Made by a program: the position numbers and the translations under genes. Positions 12,751 to 25,975 of a DNA stretch of 64,000 bases are shown piece after piece. Within the stretch, counting starts at the first letter, position 1; each line of letters begins with the position of its first letter. The notes beneath the pieces were generated by a model. That model was not told the origin of the DNA. It was given only the letters and a program-made list of their open reading frames with translations, and did not search any database. The DNA is from Nemertoderma westbladi. Taxonomy: Eukaryota; Animalia; Xenacoelomorpha. The stretch covers positions 44,457 through 108,456 of the forward strand of contig JAUCBJ010001385.1 of NCBI GenBank assembly GCA_032718475.1. The letters run 5' to 3'.

Positions 12751-12960
12751 TCCTTCTAGTATCGAAGCTACTGCAAACAACGTCGATGGACTAATCTCAT
12801 CCTTATTCTCTTTGATACTCTCCATTATCGTCTCAGCTGTATCGTTCAGACCAACTTCTATGTCGGAGAAACGTTCCGTATTGGCCGTCCAGAGAACAAT
12901 GATTTTATCAACTTTTGATTTCGATTTAAAATCCCGAATATCAGAACGTATTTTTTCCAT
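12751..12960 (-). CDS. ISYNA1: Inositol-3-phosphate synthase, coding exon 4
   Basis: [27 protein letters not shown]|gtaagt. Confidence 0.95.
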
Positions 12961-13371
12961 CTAGATCAACGAATAGTCTGTTATTATTTATTCCAAATAC
13001 ACCCCCCCCCCCCCCCCCCCCCCCCATTGGTGTAATACACGAATATTTTAATTGCATCAACTTTAGGCTGTGGCTGTGAGAATTGTGAATAAAAAGTAAA
13101 AATAAAAAGTTGCTGTGGGAATTGTGAGTCACTGGACTAAATATTTAACTTAAATATATAAAGATTGCTGCCATCTTACACGAGTTTCTTTGCTAACGAG
13201 ATGTGGGGGGATCCATCCAGCCCACGAATTACGTCCTACAAATTATGAGACACTCAAACAATACGCATCCACTTTAAAGTTCATTACATGAGATAATTCA
13301 TCTACAAACAATTTAAAAAAATAATGACATACCTCACATGTACCCAAATTTGAAAAGTCCATTTAACTCAC

Positions 13372-13515
13372 CATTTGTTGTTTTGTTCCAGTAAGTACGT
13401 TATCAGCCCGGTCTTTTTGATTGGCTGCTATGAAGTCAGGTATGTAGATAGAAGGTCTGGGAACCATGTGTTTTATGTGGGGAGCTAATTGTTCTCTCAG
13501 AGGATAATCCAGAAC
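13372..13515 (-). CDS. ISYNA1: Inositol-3-phosphate synthase, coding exon 3
   Basis: VLDYPL..PRPSIYIPDFIAANQKDRADNVL; ctgtag| ... |gtgagt, 144 nt. Confidence 0.93.
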
Positions 13516-13555
13516 CTACAGTTAAGGTTTATCTAACAATTATTTGACATTGTTT

Positions 13556-14790
13556 TGTGAGTCAGTCTATCTAGACATAGTACTTAGTTAGTTCACCTTA
13601 TATCGAATCGGCCACCTAAAGAGTGTGAGTCAGTCTATCTAGACATAGTACTTAGTTAGTTCAACTTATAGCGAATCGGCCACCTAGAGAGTGTGAGTCA
13701 GTCTATCTACACATAGTACTTAGTTAGTTCACCTTATAGCGAATCGGCCACCTAGAGAGTGTGAGTCAGTCTATCTAGACAAAGTACTTAGTTAGTTCAC
13801 CTTATAGCGAATCGGCCACCTAGAGAGTGTGAGTCAGTCTATCTAGACATAGTACTTAGTTAGTTCAACTTATAGCGAATCGGCCACCTAGAGAGTGTGA
13901 GTCAGTCTATCTACACATAGTACTTAGTTAGTTCACATTATAGCGAATCGGCCACCTAGAGAGTGTGAGTCAGTCTATCTAGACATAGTACTTAGTTAGT
14001 TCACCTTATAGCGAATCGGCCACCTAGAGAGTGCGAGTCAGTCTATCTACACATAGTACTTAGTTAGTTCACCTTATAGCGAATCGGCCACCTAGAGAGT
14101 GTGAGTCAGTATATCTACACATAGTACTTAGTTAGTTCACCTTATAGTGAATCGGCCACCTAGAGAGTGTGAGTCAGTCTATCTACACATAGTACTTAGT
14201 TAGTTCACCTTATAGCGAATCGGCCACCTAGAGAGTGTGAGTCAGTCTATCTACACATAGTACTTAGTTAGTTCACCTTATAGTGAATCGGCCACCTAGA
14301 GAGTGTGAGTCAGTCTATCTACACATAGTACTTAGTTAGTTCACCTTATAGCGAATCGGCCACCTAGAGAGTGTGAGTCAGTCTATCTACACATAGTACT
14401 TAGTTAGTTCACCTTATAGTGAATCGGCCACCTAGAGAGTGTGAGTTAGTCTATCTACAAATAGTACTTAGTTAGTTCTCCGTATAGTGAATCGGCCACC
14501 TAGAGAGTGTGAGTCAGTCTATATACACATAGTACTTAGTAAGTTCACCTTATAGCGAATCGGCCACCTAGAGAGTGTGAGTCAGTCTATCTACACATAG
14601 TACTTAGTTAGTTCACCTTATAGCGAATCGGCCACCTAGAGAGTGTGAGTCAGTCTATCTACACATAGTACTTAGTTAGTTCACCTTATAGCGAATCGGC
14701 CACCTAGAGAGTGTGAGTCAGTCTATCTACACATAGTACTTAGTTAGTTCACCTTATAGCGAATCGGCCAACTAGAGAGTGTGAGTCAGC
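13556..14790. repeat. 68-bp tandem array, ~18 copies (ISYNA1 intron)
   Basis: Unit gtgagtcagtctatctacacatagtacttagttagttcaccttatagcgaatcggccacctagagagt. Confidence 0.95.
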
Positions 14791-16160
14791 CAGCCAACCT
14801 AGTGAGTAAGCTTACCTACCTAGTGAGTTAGCCTACCTACTTAGTGGGTAAGCCTACCTACCTAGTGAGTCAGCCTACCTACCTAGTGAGTCAGTCTACC
14901 TACCTAGTGAGTCAGTCTACCTAACTAGTGAGTCAACATACCTACCTAGTGAGTAAGCCTACCTACATAGTGAGTAAGCCTACCTACCTAGTGAGTCAGT
15001 CTACCTACCTAGTGAGTCAGCCTACCTACCTAGTGAGTAAGCCTACCTACCTAGTGAGTAAGCCTACCTACCTAGTGAGTAAGCTTACCTACCTAGTGAG
15101 TCAGCATACCTACCTAGTGCGTAAGCCTACCTACCTAGTGAGTGAGCCTACCTACCCAGTGAGTCAGCATACCTACCTAGTGAGTAAGCCTACCTACCTA
15201 GTGAGTAAGCCTACCTAGCTAGTGAGTCAGTCTACCTACCTAGTGAGTAAGCCTACTTACCTGAGTAAGCCTACCTACATGAGTAAGCCTACCTACCTAG
15301 TGAGTCAGTCTACCTACCTAGTGAGTCAGCATACCTACCTAGTGAATAAGCCTACCTACCTAGTGAGTAAGCCTACCTACCTAGTGAGTCAGTCTACCTA
15401 CCTAGTGAGTTAGCCTACCTACCTAGTGAGTAAGCCTACCTACCTAGTGAGTTAGCCTTCCTATCTAGTGAGTAAGCCTACCTACCTAGTGAGTCAGCCT
15501 ACCTACATAGTGAGTCAGCCTACCTACCTAGTGAACAAGCCTACCTATCTAGTGAGTCAGCCTACCTACCTAGTGAGTTAGGCCACCTACCTAGTGAGTT
15601 AGGCCACCTACCTAGTGAGTCAGACTACCTACCAAGTGAGTAAGCCCACCTACCTGGTGAGTCAGTCTACCTACCTAGTGAGTTAGGCCACCTACCTAGT
15701 GAGGTAGGCCACCTACATAGTGAGTCAGTCTACCTACCTAGTGGGTTAGCCCATCTACCTAGTGAGTTAGGCCACCTACCTAGTGAGTTAGGCCACCTAC
15801 CTAGTGAGGGAGCCCACCTAGCTATTGAGTTAGCCCACCTACCTAGTGAGTTAGCCCACCTACCTGGTGAGTTAGGCCACCTACCTAGTGAGTTAGCCCC
15901 CCTACCTAGTGAGTTAGGCCACCTACCTAGTGAGTTAGGCCACCTACATAGTGAGTCAGTCTACCTAACTATTGAGTTAGCCCACCTACCTATGTGAGTT
16001 AGACACCTATCTAGTGAGTTAGCCCACCTATCTAGTGAGTTAGCCCACCTACCTAGTGAGTTAGCCTACCTACCTAGTGAGTTAGGCCACCTACCTAGTG
16101 AGTCAGACTACCTAGTGAGTCAGACTACCTAGTGAGTTAGCCAACCTACCTAGGTTAGCT
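14790..16160. repeat. 21-bp tandem array, ~65 diverged copies (ISYNA1 intron)
   Basis: Unit ctagtgagtHagcctacctac, directly abutting the 68-bp array and sharing gtgagtcag with it. Confidence 0.93.
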
Positions 16161-16228
16161 AAGCTTAGCCCAGTTACCTGTCTGCCCCCCCCCCCCCCCC
16201 CGTGTCCCCTACCAGTAAAGTCCCCTAC

Positions 16229-16570
16229 CTGTGCTCTCTCCATTGCTGCCACCAAATCCAACTTGGAGATATCCCACCCGTCAAATACAATATCGTTGGG
16301 GTTTATCATCGGCAGGATATCCTTGAATGGGATATAAATCTCTCCGTCAGGCCCATTGCCTATGCTGATAGTACTCGATTGGGTGAGAGAACCGTAGTAG
16401 TTAGCCTGGACGAGACCCCGCCGAGTCTGCCACTCCAAACCCAGACGGTTAGCAATGGTAGCCGCGGTAACCGTAGTACCGTTGTTGCCGCCCCATCCGA
16501 CGAGCATTACACCGAGTTTAGGAACTTTACGATCGGTTCGAAACTTCATGTTAACAGTTTGTGGCACGAC
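16229..16570 (-). CDS. ISYNA1: Inositol-3-phosphate synthase, coding exon 2
   Basis: [16 protein letters not shown] (NAD-binding), [20 protein letters not shown]; 342 nt with AG/GT boundaries. Confidence 0.96.
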
Positions 16571-17829
16571 CTGAAAGAAATTAAAAATAACAGTTTATTA
16601 ACTAGAAAGCCAGCAAGCTGGCTTTAAACGAACCTGCCCCTCAAACCAGTACCCTGAGTGAGCGAAAATGAAAAGACGAAAATTGCCATCAACTCAACGA
16701 TAAAAACACCAACTGCTGGTACTCATGTGGGCGTAGTAAGCTACTACTATTTATTGAATGGATAGCCCAAACTGCAGAGAAGTATATTATTACTTGCCAA
16801 AAATATTACTATCTCACTCTATCCCAGACATCAAACATCAACTGTTAGTTTGTATAAATGTATTTCCCCGACAGCTGAATAGCTCTTCCCAGTGAATCCT
16901 ATGGGAATATCTATAAGTACTCACTGCTATGTTAGGTGGGAGGCCAGCTGATTGAATTGTAAGCACTGGGCCGTTCAAATGTTTTATTTGTTATTAAAAT
17001 TTTTGCGTACCTGCTTGAGTTTTTGCGATATTGGATGGTTATACATATATATATACACACACAACCACATCGTGTTTTAGAACGGCTCAACTCTTGACAA
17101 GAACTACCCTGGCCTATTAATAGGCAGGTTCGTTATAATGACTATTACAAATATTGTTTTATTAATGTTTTCCAGATGAAGTCTACTGACGGCGTTTCTC
17201 CTATAGTAGAGAAGAGCCCTGATACCTGATACAACGGACTGGCATCGTAGCTTCACTACGCTGCGACCTGCACCTGGCAGCAGGGAACAATCTTACATAG
17301 TATTGTGCAATAATACCTGATAATCAGTACTTGTTTTTTAAATAGTTAGAATAATACGGTGCGATATTAGATTCGGTGTCATGTAGTGATACGAACTTGG
17401 ATACTTTATATTGTGAATCACGGCATTTTATATACCTGTTCATGTAAATTTAATATAATATATTAAATTTAATTTAGAGGGGAATACGTATTTAAACATC
17501 TAATTGTAGATGTATGAAATCTACATTGTAAATTAATTCAAAGTTAAATTATGTAATTAACTTCTACAATGCAACAGTGAGTGTTCTAATTCATAGCGTT
17601 TTTTCAAGCTACGTATCGTTACACTTATACTATATTTTACTGTATAATAATTAGTATTTCAGGATTTAACGTTTTAAATTTATTTTGTATGTTCTGTGAT
17701 TTTAGCAGCTTTTTATAATTTCAAAGGATTTGTTGGAAAATAAAAATTTTCGGGTCATTTCTTAAAATTGTGAAAATGTGCCTTAAGCATAATCCGGTAC
17801 TGAATTGCCCCGAGAGCTGACTCGGCAAT

Positions 17830-19525
17830 AAAGCACCCCCCAACCCCCACTGGATTACAATAGTAATGCGGAGGTCCGACCACTAGAGGCCAGTGGAATT
17901 ACCTGACACAATTGGCCTCACAGGCGTCAGTTATATCCTGGACTGGATGCCTGTCTTACCCCCTACTGGAGAGAGAGAGAGAGAGCGGCCAGCACAATGC
18001 TGACAATCACCTACATCGCCCTGGGTCTATAGTGTTAACCGAAATTCCGTCCACATTCAGGATTGCATCTCGGGAAATGGAATGTTTTCGGCTGGAACAA
18101 GAAGCGAACTGGAAAGCTATGGACTTATACTGAACCCAGTGGTCACAAGTTCCACATAGACCATATTCTGTTTCGTGGAAAATACAGATCACAGCGAGGG
18201 CTATACCTATACTGCCTTCACAGAAGCAGCTGCAGAAACAGTTCATGTATACCCTCGAAACAGGAAAAAGGACCATTGACTGACCACAGAATTCGGAAGT
18301 GCATAGAGTGTGAAGAATAAACCTGCTCACTGGAAGGAAAATCCAACCAACCTCCAAGATTAAGACTTTAAATTTCCAGCTGAACGTCACAATGGTTGGA
18401 AGGACCACTTTGAGAAGCTTCTAAAGATTAACAGGGTATTGTCTGATAGACTTTGCTGATGACTTAGGAGTACTCTCAGAATCACTAGAGGGAGCCCAAC
18501 GGCTCCCCAGCTCATTAGAACCTGCTGCTTCTAGTGTTGGTCTTTTTATTACCTCCAGAAAGACCAAAATTTTGACAGTTAACTTTGAAAGTCCTCAGCA
18601 AGTCTCTGATCGGATGAGCATAAGCTCAAAAGATGGTATGCTTGAGCATGTGGATGACTTCTGTTACCTGGGATCATGGATCCGGAAGTCAGGTGAGGAC
18701 CTTCGAATACGTAAGGGAAAGGCATGGGCAGCCTTGGATAGGCTTTCCAGGATTTGGAAGTCACCGAGAATTAATCGGACACTTAAGGTCCGATTATTTA
18801 GAGCAGCAGTAGTTCCAGTACTCCTCTATGTGAGTCCATGCTGGGCTCTAACTGCTGAGGACACCAAATCTCTGGATAGCACATTCACAAGAATGCTACT
18901 CCGGGTTCATTGTGTCACGTACAATGCACACATCTCCAACCAGACACTATATAACGTTGGAGGTGTCTCATTGGTTCCCCCAAGCTTGACACTAGAACAA
19001 AATCGCCTCCGCTTTGCAGGACATTGCTTTCGCCGTGAGGACCAGCCAGTGCATAATCTTGTACTTTGGCCGCCTCATGGAGTGAATAAGCATGGTGGAC
19101 AGCCCATGACTTTCTTGAGACGCATCTTAAAGGACACTGGCCTTGAAGATGCGGATGATCTAGCAAATGTCATGGGTGATAGGGAGTTGTGGCGGTGCAA
19201 TTTTGTCGATAAGCCGGCACAGCATTCTTAAAAATGCAGCTGCAATGCAGCATGCCGATCCTAGTAGTACTAGTCTGATAAGTTTGTGGTACATCCGGAA
19301 TCTCAAGGTTCGATTATTTAGGGCTGCAGTAGTGCCAGTACCCTTATATTGGAGTTCATGTTGGGTTCTAACTGCAGAGGATATCAAATCTCTGGATGGC
19401 GCTTACACAAAAATGCTGCGTCGGGTTCATTGACTCATTGTGTCAAGTACAATGATCACATCTCCAATCAGAGTTTATACAAACATTGGAGGTGTTTCAT
19501 TTGTCTCACCTAGCTTGACACTAAA
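17830..19525 (+). mobile_element. Internally deleted RTE-like LINE copy with a partly duplicated 3' segment
   Basis: Endonuclease remnant (HIDHIL), FADD remnant (tttgctgatgac ~18452), ORF 18572-19231 DFCYLGSWI..RLRFAGHCFR. The segment ~19290-19525 repeats ~18770-18995. Confidence 0.85.
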
Positions 19526-20133
19526 CGGCAAACATGCAAACCAATAATAATAGTACGATTCCATAACTCTTAACACATGGGGGAAATTAAAGGGCGTGAA
19601 CGCTACGTCATATTCTTCAAATTAGTCGTTGTTGGCTGAGGATGTCGGCTGTAGTCGGTATTCGACGTAGCGTTGCGTTGCCACAGGGAAGTGAATATGG
19701 AAGAAACTATAATCTATTCAATTTTATGGATTTGTTACGAGGTGGCTAGATTAAATTTGAAATAATTTTTAGTGAATTGTGGTGTTATGCAGAATAAAAA
19801 TATTAATAATTTCTTATGAATAATTATTCATATTCTTAAAGTGCTATTTTCGCTCGAATATACCCCAAAATCGAGAGAAAAAGGAGTTCTTTTTCCCTTA
19901 GGGAGAAAAGTAACTCGTCGAAAAAAAGTAAAATAAAATATTTTGGTGGAATTTCTTAAATTGCATTCTATCTATCTATCCATCTACAGTATAACCAGCC
20001 TACTGCATTGAATCCGTAATTGTATTACATGTTGATAGAGCATCGAATTAGAATAAAGGTTTGTGCGAGTAATTTGATCAATATCCATGCACACACTCAT
20101 AATTTATTATTACAACTTTTAGTGTTTGCAAGA

Positions 20134-20530
20134 CGTACTCCAAAACGGTATGCCTAAAGGGCGTACCGTTAGTAGTAAGGTAAGTAGGCGTACTCCAAAA
20201 CGGTACGCCTAAAGGGCGTACCGTTAGTAGTAAGGTAAGTAGGCGTACACCAAAACGGTACGCCTAAAGGGCGTACCGTTAGTAGTAAGGCAAGTAGGCG
20301 TATTCCAAAACGGTACGCCTAAAGGGCGTACCGTTAGTAGTAAGGCAAGTAGGCGTATTCCAAAACGGTACGCCTAAAGGGCGTACCGTTAGTAGTAAGG
20401 TAAGTAGGCGTACACCAAAACGGTACGTCTAAAGGGCGTACCGTTAGTAGTAAGGCAAGTAGGCGTATTCCAAAACGGTACGCCTAAAGGGCGTACCGTT
20501 AGTAGTAAGGTAAGTAGGCGTACTCCAAAA
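20134..20530. repeat. 55-bp tandem array, ~7 copies, each with an 11-bp perfect hairpin
   Basis: aacggtacgcc-taaag-ggcgtaccgtt in each unit. Confidence 0.93.
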
Positions 20531-21132
20531 CAAAAATATCCAATATTGGATTATGTAGTTAAAGTGCAGAGGCTCTCTAATTAAGTAATAAACATTCATG
20601 AACATTATTCAAGACCATGGAATACTAAACATAGATCTATATTTAGTATTCCATGTTTAGGACTACCGTCCCGCCGTATTTAACATTGAGTAAGGCAGCA
20701 TCAGGAGTTGAAGAGTACAATAATTTGAATCACAGTAACTATGGAAGCAATATAGTAAAATACTACAGTTGAACATATTTTGTAACACGATATCGCTCTA
20801 TATTATATTAAATAATTGAGCAACAAAAAAGTAACAAATTCAAGAATAAAATTACGGATTACATGAGGAGAAAACTCGCTGGCGCTCGGTAAATAAGATC
20901 ACTCGAGGGTATCGAAAAAGGTTCTAATTTTTTTTCCCATGTATTCTGTAATTATTTTTATTAATAATTTTTAGTGTAAATCCAATTAAATATATTGGAG
21001 AATGATTAATTCCAGTTATGGATTTAGTGATTTTGGTGAAGAAAAAATTTAAACGAACAAATATTTATAATTAATATCAATATTTATTTTTATTAGGCAA
21101 TACTTTTGTATACCAGATATACAGTACCACAC

Positions 21133-21312
21133 CTGTAGAACTCCGTTATTAGTGTCACAAACATTTACATCGTAAACGTAATCCGAGTCAATAAAGCCAT
21201 CGCTGTAGGTAACGTTGGGAGAAACCACTTCAAACGCCAGTTGGTCCTTTTCATTAACATCATTAGTGGAATCTTGTGAGGTAAGTTTCGTTGATTTGGG
21301 ATTTGGAGCCAT
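21133..21312 (-). CDS. ISYNA1: Inositol-3-phosphate synthase, coding exon 1
   Basis: ATG at 21312, FEVVSPNVTYSDGFIDSDYVY, donor CAG|gtgtgg. The eight exons sum to 1713 nt = 570 aa + stop. Confidence 0.88.
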
Positions 21313-24300
21313 TATTCTTCGTGACCACAATGAAATATAATTATAAAACCAGAACTGGAAATAAATACTTTAGCTACAATTTCAACAAGGAATCAAATTC
21401 TTGAGTATCAGAAATTTTCAAAACTTTAAAGATCCTGCCGCAGATTAATTTATATTTGTTTGTTGGGTGGGGGATTTTATATAACTAAATTACTAACTAA
21501 ATTCTTTAAGATTCTATAGAATTCTTTTTTCGGGATTGTTAACGGAGGAAAGTAAGTAACCAATTAGGAACGTCAGGAATTTTCCAGCAATTCATGTCTC
21601 CCTTCCTAGCTCAAACTTCATAAGTTATTTTTAAAACAAACAGCCAAAATATTAGCCAATGAGAGTAATTCAGTACCTATAAATAGATTAGAACGGCGTG
21701 GATGTATTGGTATGTATGCTTGGCGTGAGTGCGGTGTGAACCCTGGGAAATCACTTGGGCCTGGATAATATCTGCCAACCAATCACGGAAAACTTCACCT
21801 AACATACAAAAAGCAACCAACCAGGAACAGCCACCGAAAATACTGGTACAAAAGCGTGATTCCAACGTGATCCACACGTTGTTGGTAGTTGCGAACTTTC
21901 TGAGCACATTTCCGTTATATTATAAATTAAAGAGTGAAAAAGTAATACCCAAATCACATAATGGAACTAATACTGGATGAATTGAGTTCCTAACCCCCAC
22001 GCCGTACTGCACAATACATTGGTAAATAAATGAGAAGCCCCCCCCCCCCCCCTCCCCCGCCTATTTCGCCAACGATAAAAGGGAACGGTAATTTTAAGCA
22101 CTGAAATAATGGCGAAAATTAACTTGCATTGTTGAATTTCTACAATGAGAAAGGCACACCTAAGGGACATACGTTTTCACAAACCTTATTTATAAATTTA
22201 GAAATTGTTCTTTGTAGCCGCCACATTAGCACTGATAGGGATTGGGTACTTAAGTTAGCTAGTTTTATTTTTAAGTAATTTACATTCAGTTTGTATTCTC
22301 TCCTAAAATAGTTCGTTACAATATTCTTCTGTTTTTGGGAATATTAGGATTTTCAGGTGAACGACCCAACATGTAGTTGTTTACCGCAGCTCATTGCAAG
22401 GATGTTAATAAAATGATTGTCTAAACTGTTGAATTAACTGTTACGACGTTTACCGCAATGGCACCGCAACGGTACCGTTGAGTGTGAACGGTAATTTATT
22501 CATTTATTTGATCCATATCAGTACAGCGGCGAGTCAACAAGTAAGCTGTTACATTTTGGAAGTCAAGTGATAAACAGAATACCACCTGTTCTAGGAGTGA
22601 TATACGATATATCAACCTTCAGCAAATAAACTTTGTAACTTTTAAACTTAAACAAATTTATTTGCTTCAGGTTGATAAATAAACTCGGGCCATAACGCTG
22701 CAAAGTGCTACTTTGCACACAATGATGTAAATAAATAGTTATGATTATGTTAAGGCATCTGCCGGTACATCATCATGATACCTCACCAACATCTGTCAGT
22801 GTCGAAAATATGTTAAAATCGGTTATAAACTTGAAAATAAAAAGACATTCGACTTAATCCGCATTTATTAATCTTCAGCTTCATATTTAACCTTCCTATG
22901 TACCTTCCCAGGTGTACTGTACACCTGGGGTCAAAAACTTCAATAGTTGTATGTGGGGTTCTGAACTTTACAGTACCTTCCTAGCACAGGTAATGCCATG
23001 AAATTCCATGAATATTTGTTTTGTTTAGCTATTTGATATAAAAATACACACCTCTTTTTGAGCAACACTCGCTGCGACCACCTGGGGTCAATAATCACCC
23101 CACTGATAAAATCGAATACCGGTTAGGGTTAGGGTGCATCACCTGCTCCTTTTTTCGAAATTGGTGTTCTAGATAGTTTTATTTAGTTACACACCCCAAA
23201 AACGTCTTCCATGCCAAATTTTATGAAAATTGAACAATGTCTGGAGGGTCCACAATCACACTAAGCACATGGCCAGTTCCGCCCTTGGCGCAAGTGAGTC
23301 ATATTCCCCATTTTTGTGATTATCAACTTCTAGTATTCCTACTGCATTGATATTATGCCCATTAGAACCGCAATGACCGATTTAGTTGGTGTAGACACCT
23401 TCAAAGCAATCATAGAGCGAATAGCTTTTGAGATATTGCAGAAAATGTGTAGTCCGGCACAAGTCAACATTAGCGCCTTGATGCGATATTGACAAATACA
23501 CTAAAAATGATACTTATAATTCTCTCAAGGCATCCAGAATTTAGAAATAACTGCAATGATCAATTTAGGTGATGTTGACACTCTAAAAATATGAGTTGAG
23601 CGATTAGTTCTCGAGTTATTGTACAAAATGTCAAGGCTAGGTCCACCAATGACCTTATATTGAGTTGACCTAGTCCAGACATTTTTTTTAATTTTTTTCC
23701 AGACACTAAATTAAGTATTTTTTTCTCAAAATTTTTCTCACTAAAATATATTAATTAACACATTAATTATTATTACTAGTAAAATACATTAATAATATAA
23801 TAGTATTATATTAATTTCATCAAATATTAATATATTAATTAAGTAACTGTTCCTTTCCCTTATTTAGTGATAATGAATAGATTTTGGTTATAACAGTATT
23901 TCGTGCTCCCGAAGAAACAGTAAGTTGAAATGGTTACTGTTACTGCACATCACTATAGAGGATTATTAAATAATAGATTGATAGTCAGTCCGATTGCCCT
24001 AATACCTGTCCGTATCAATGTAGACTCTATTACAGTTACATATATTAATTAGCTTGACTATACATGAATCTTGTTGCATTTTAACATCATTATAAAATTT
24101 GAGATATTCTACAAAAACCTTTACTTACACTCTTTATAACAACAAAATATTCTATAAAGTGGTTTTCATTATTACCAGGTCGACTACTACTGGGTCGAGC
24201 GAACACGGACAGATGTGGACACGCTTTCAGCTGCTTAGTAATGCTATTTGAGTCATAGATGTGTAATCTATTGCTGTGCTCCTCATTATAAGGAAAATAT

Positions 24301-24572
24301 ATATTGGTTTATATCCCTTATAGATATAATTGTTCCCACTCGCATTAAATAATTATGTATCGGTCAAAATAATCGGTTTATTTTTGTAATCGGTTTTATG
24401 TCTCATAAAAACTCCAGTATTGGCATGACGACGGTTTACTCCACTGCAAAAATATCCATTAACGTAAAAGAACCAAAAACAAAAATTGTATGAAAGTCAA
24501 ACAGAAACTATATTTTTTTTATTCCTAATCCATTAAGTTATAAATTCCCTTTCCTCACATTTGATTCATATT

Positions 24573-25439
24573 CTATAATTGTTCGGTATTAAATACAGAG
24601 TCCGACTGATCTACAACGCAAACATCACCGATATCTCCGTCCCTTATGGACTTTGCTTTCCGACTCTGCAACTTCGACACGAACTTCAACCCCTTGTCCT
24701 TCTTACTGAGACTCCGCAGTAGGTTGGGCGACTGATACTTTGTGTTCTCCCACAGAGTGGCCCCGGAGAAACTTCCGTCAAACAAACGGAGCGGATTGAG
24801 AACGAAGCGAGGACCGATCTCGGCGAGTTGGCCGGCGGAATCGACGATCTGGTAGTTCCTGAACCAAATCCGACTGTCGATCACCGTGAGGGAGAAGCAA
24901 TGGTCCACGAAGGGCTGGCTCTTGGGGTGGCCCAAGGGGGTCCCCAGTGTCTGAGTAAACACCTCCTTTAATAGCCGCCAATGCGGGAGAGAGTCGAACT
25001 CGGAGTTAAAGGATAAAATTGGTCTGGAGGATTTGAGACAGTTCCCTGTGAGTTTAAGTTCCTCCGTTGTGTGAATGTTCTCAACCAGGAATTTAGCGGA
25101 AGGTCCGTTTGGAAGACACGAAACCCACATATAAACGTCCTTCTTCTTTTTGCCTTCGATGTAGATACATTTATTACAGTTCCTCATCTCACAGATCTCG
25201 TTGATCTGGGACAGTTTGTGTTTCTCGTCGAATTTGCTTTCGGATTTGCTGTGCGGCATTAGCCGTTTTAGGTCGTTCATTAGATGGCGACCGCGTGCGG
25301 TTATACCACGCGACGCCAGTACCATAACCCGCTGTTTGTTCGTCCATCGTGGTTTCTTTGTGGGGGGAGTGATAGCGGGCTCGGCGCTCGTATCGCAGTT
25401 ACTAACGCGTTCTAACAGTTCCCGAATTCGTTTAGGCAT
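24573..25439 (-). CDS. BRIX1: Ribosome biogenesis protein BRX1 homolog (Brix domain), intronless CDS
   Basis: WTNKQRVMVLASRGI, NGPSAKFLVENIHTTEELKLTGNCLKSSRP, HPKSQPFVDH, EIGPRFVL. Confidence 0.96.
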   Translation of the reverse strand: MPKRIRELLERVSNCDTSAEPAITPPTKKPRWTNKQRVMVLASRGITARGRHLMNDLKRLMPHSKSESKFDEKHKLSQINEICEMRNCNKCIYIEGKKKKDVYMWVSCLPNGPSAKFLVENIHTTEELKLTGNCLKSSRPILSFNSEFDSLPHWRLLKEVFTQTLGTPLGHPKSQPFVDHCFSLTVIDSRIWFRNYQIVDSAGQLAEIGPRFVLNPLRLFDGSFSGATLWENTKYQSPNLLRSLSKKDKGLKFVSKLQSRKAKSIRDGDIGDVCVVDQSDSVFNTEQL

Positions 25440-25739
25440 TTCTTCTATATTTGTATATACCTGTATACAGGTAGGTACTGAGGTATCTCTGTATCTTGTT
25501 CAGTACTGAGCACTACTGCACTAAGCCTGTAAGCTGGCAGGCTGGGTAGTACAGTACTGCAGTACTGCTGTACTGCAGTAGGCTACAAATCCAGTACTCT
25601 GATACCGGCACAGGTACGGTAATATCTGAATATAGGCTACAATAAGGCAGTTTAATCAGCAGACTTTAGTCCAGGAAATTGGAATTGGGGAGGGGGGGGG
25701 GGGGGGGTGGGGGGGATGGTGAGTAACAGGAAAGTATCA

Positions 25740-25975
25740 CAAATCTGCTTAATTTAGTTTATTTATTTTTTCAACCAATCAGAAATCTGCTTAATTTAAT
25801 TTATTTATTTTTTAAACCAATCATAATTTACTTAATTTATTAGTTTATTTATTTATTCAACCAATCAGAAACCTTCTTAAATTAGTTTATTTTTTTTTTA
25901 ACCGATTAGAAAAGTACTTAATTTAGTTTATTTATTTTTTCAACCAATCAGAATTTACTTAATTTAGTTTATTTA
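25740..25975. repeat. ~44-bp tandem repeat, ~5 copies, carrying CCAAT boxes upstream of BRIX1
   Basis: cttaatttagtttatttattttttcaaccaatcagaa units, ~300-530 bp upstream of the BRIX1 ATG. Confidence 0.7.
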
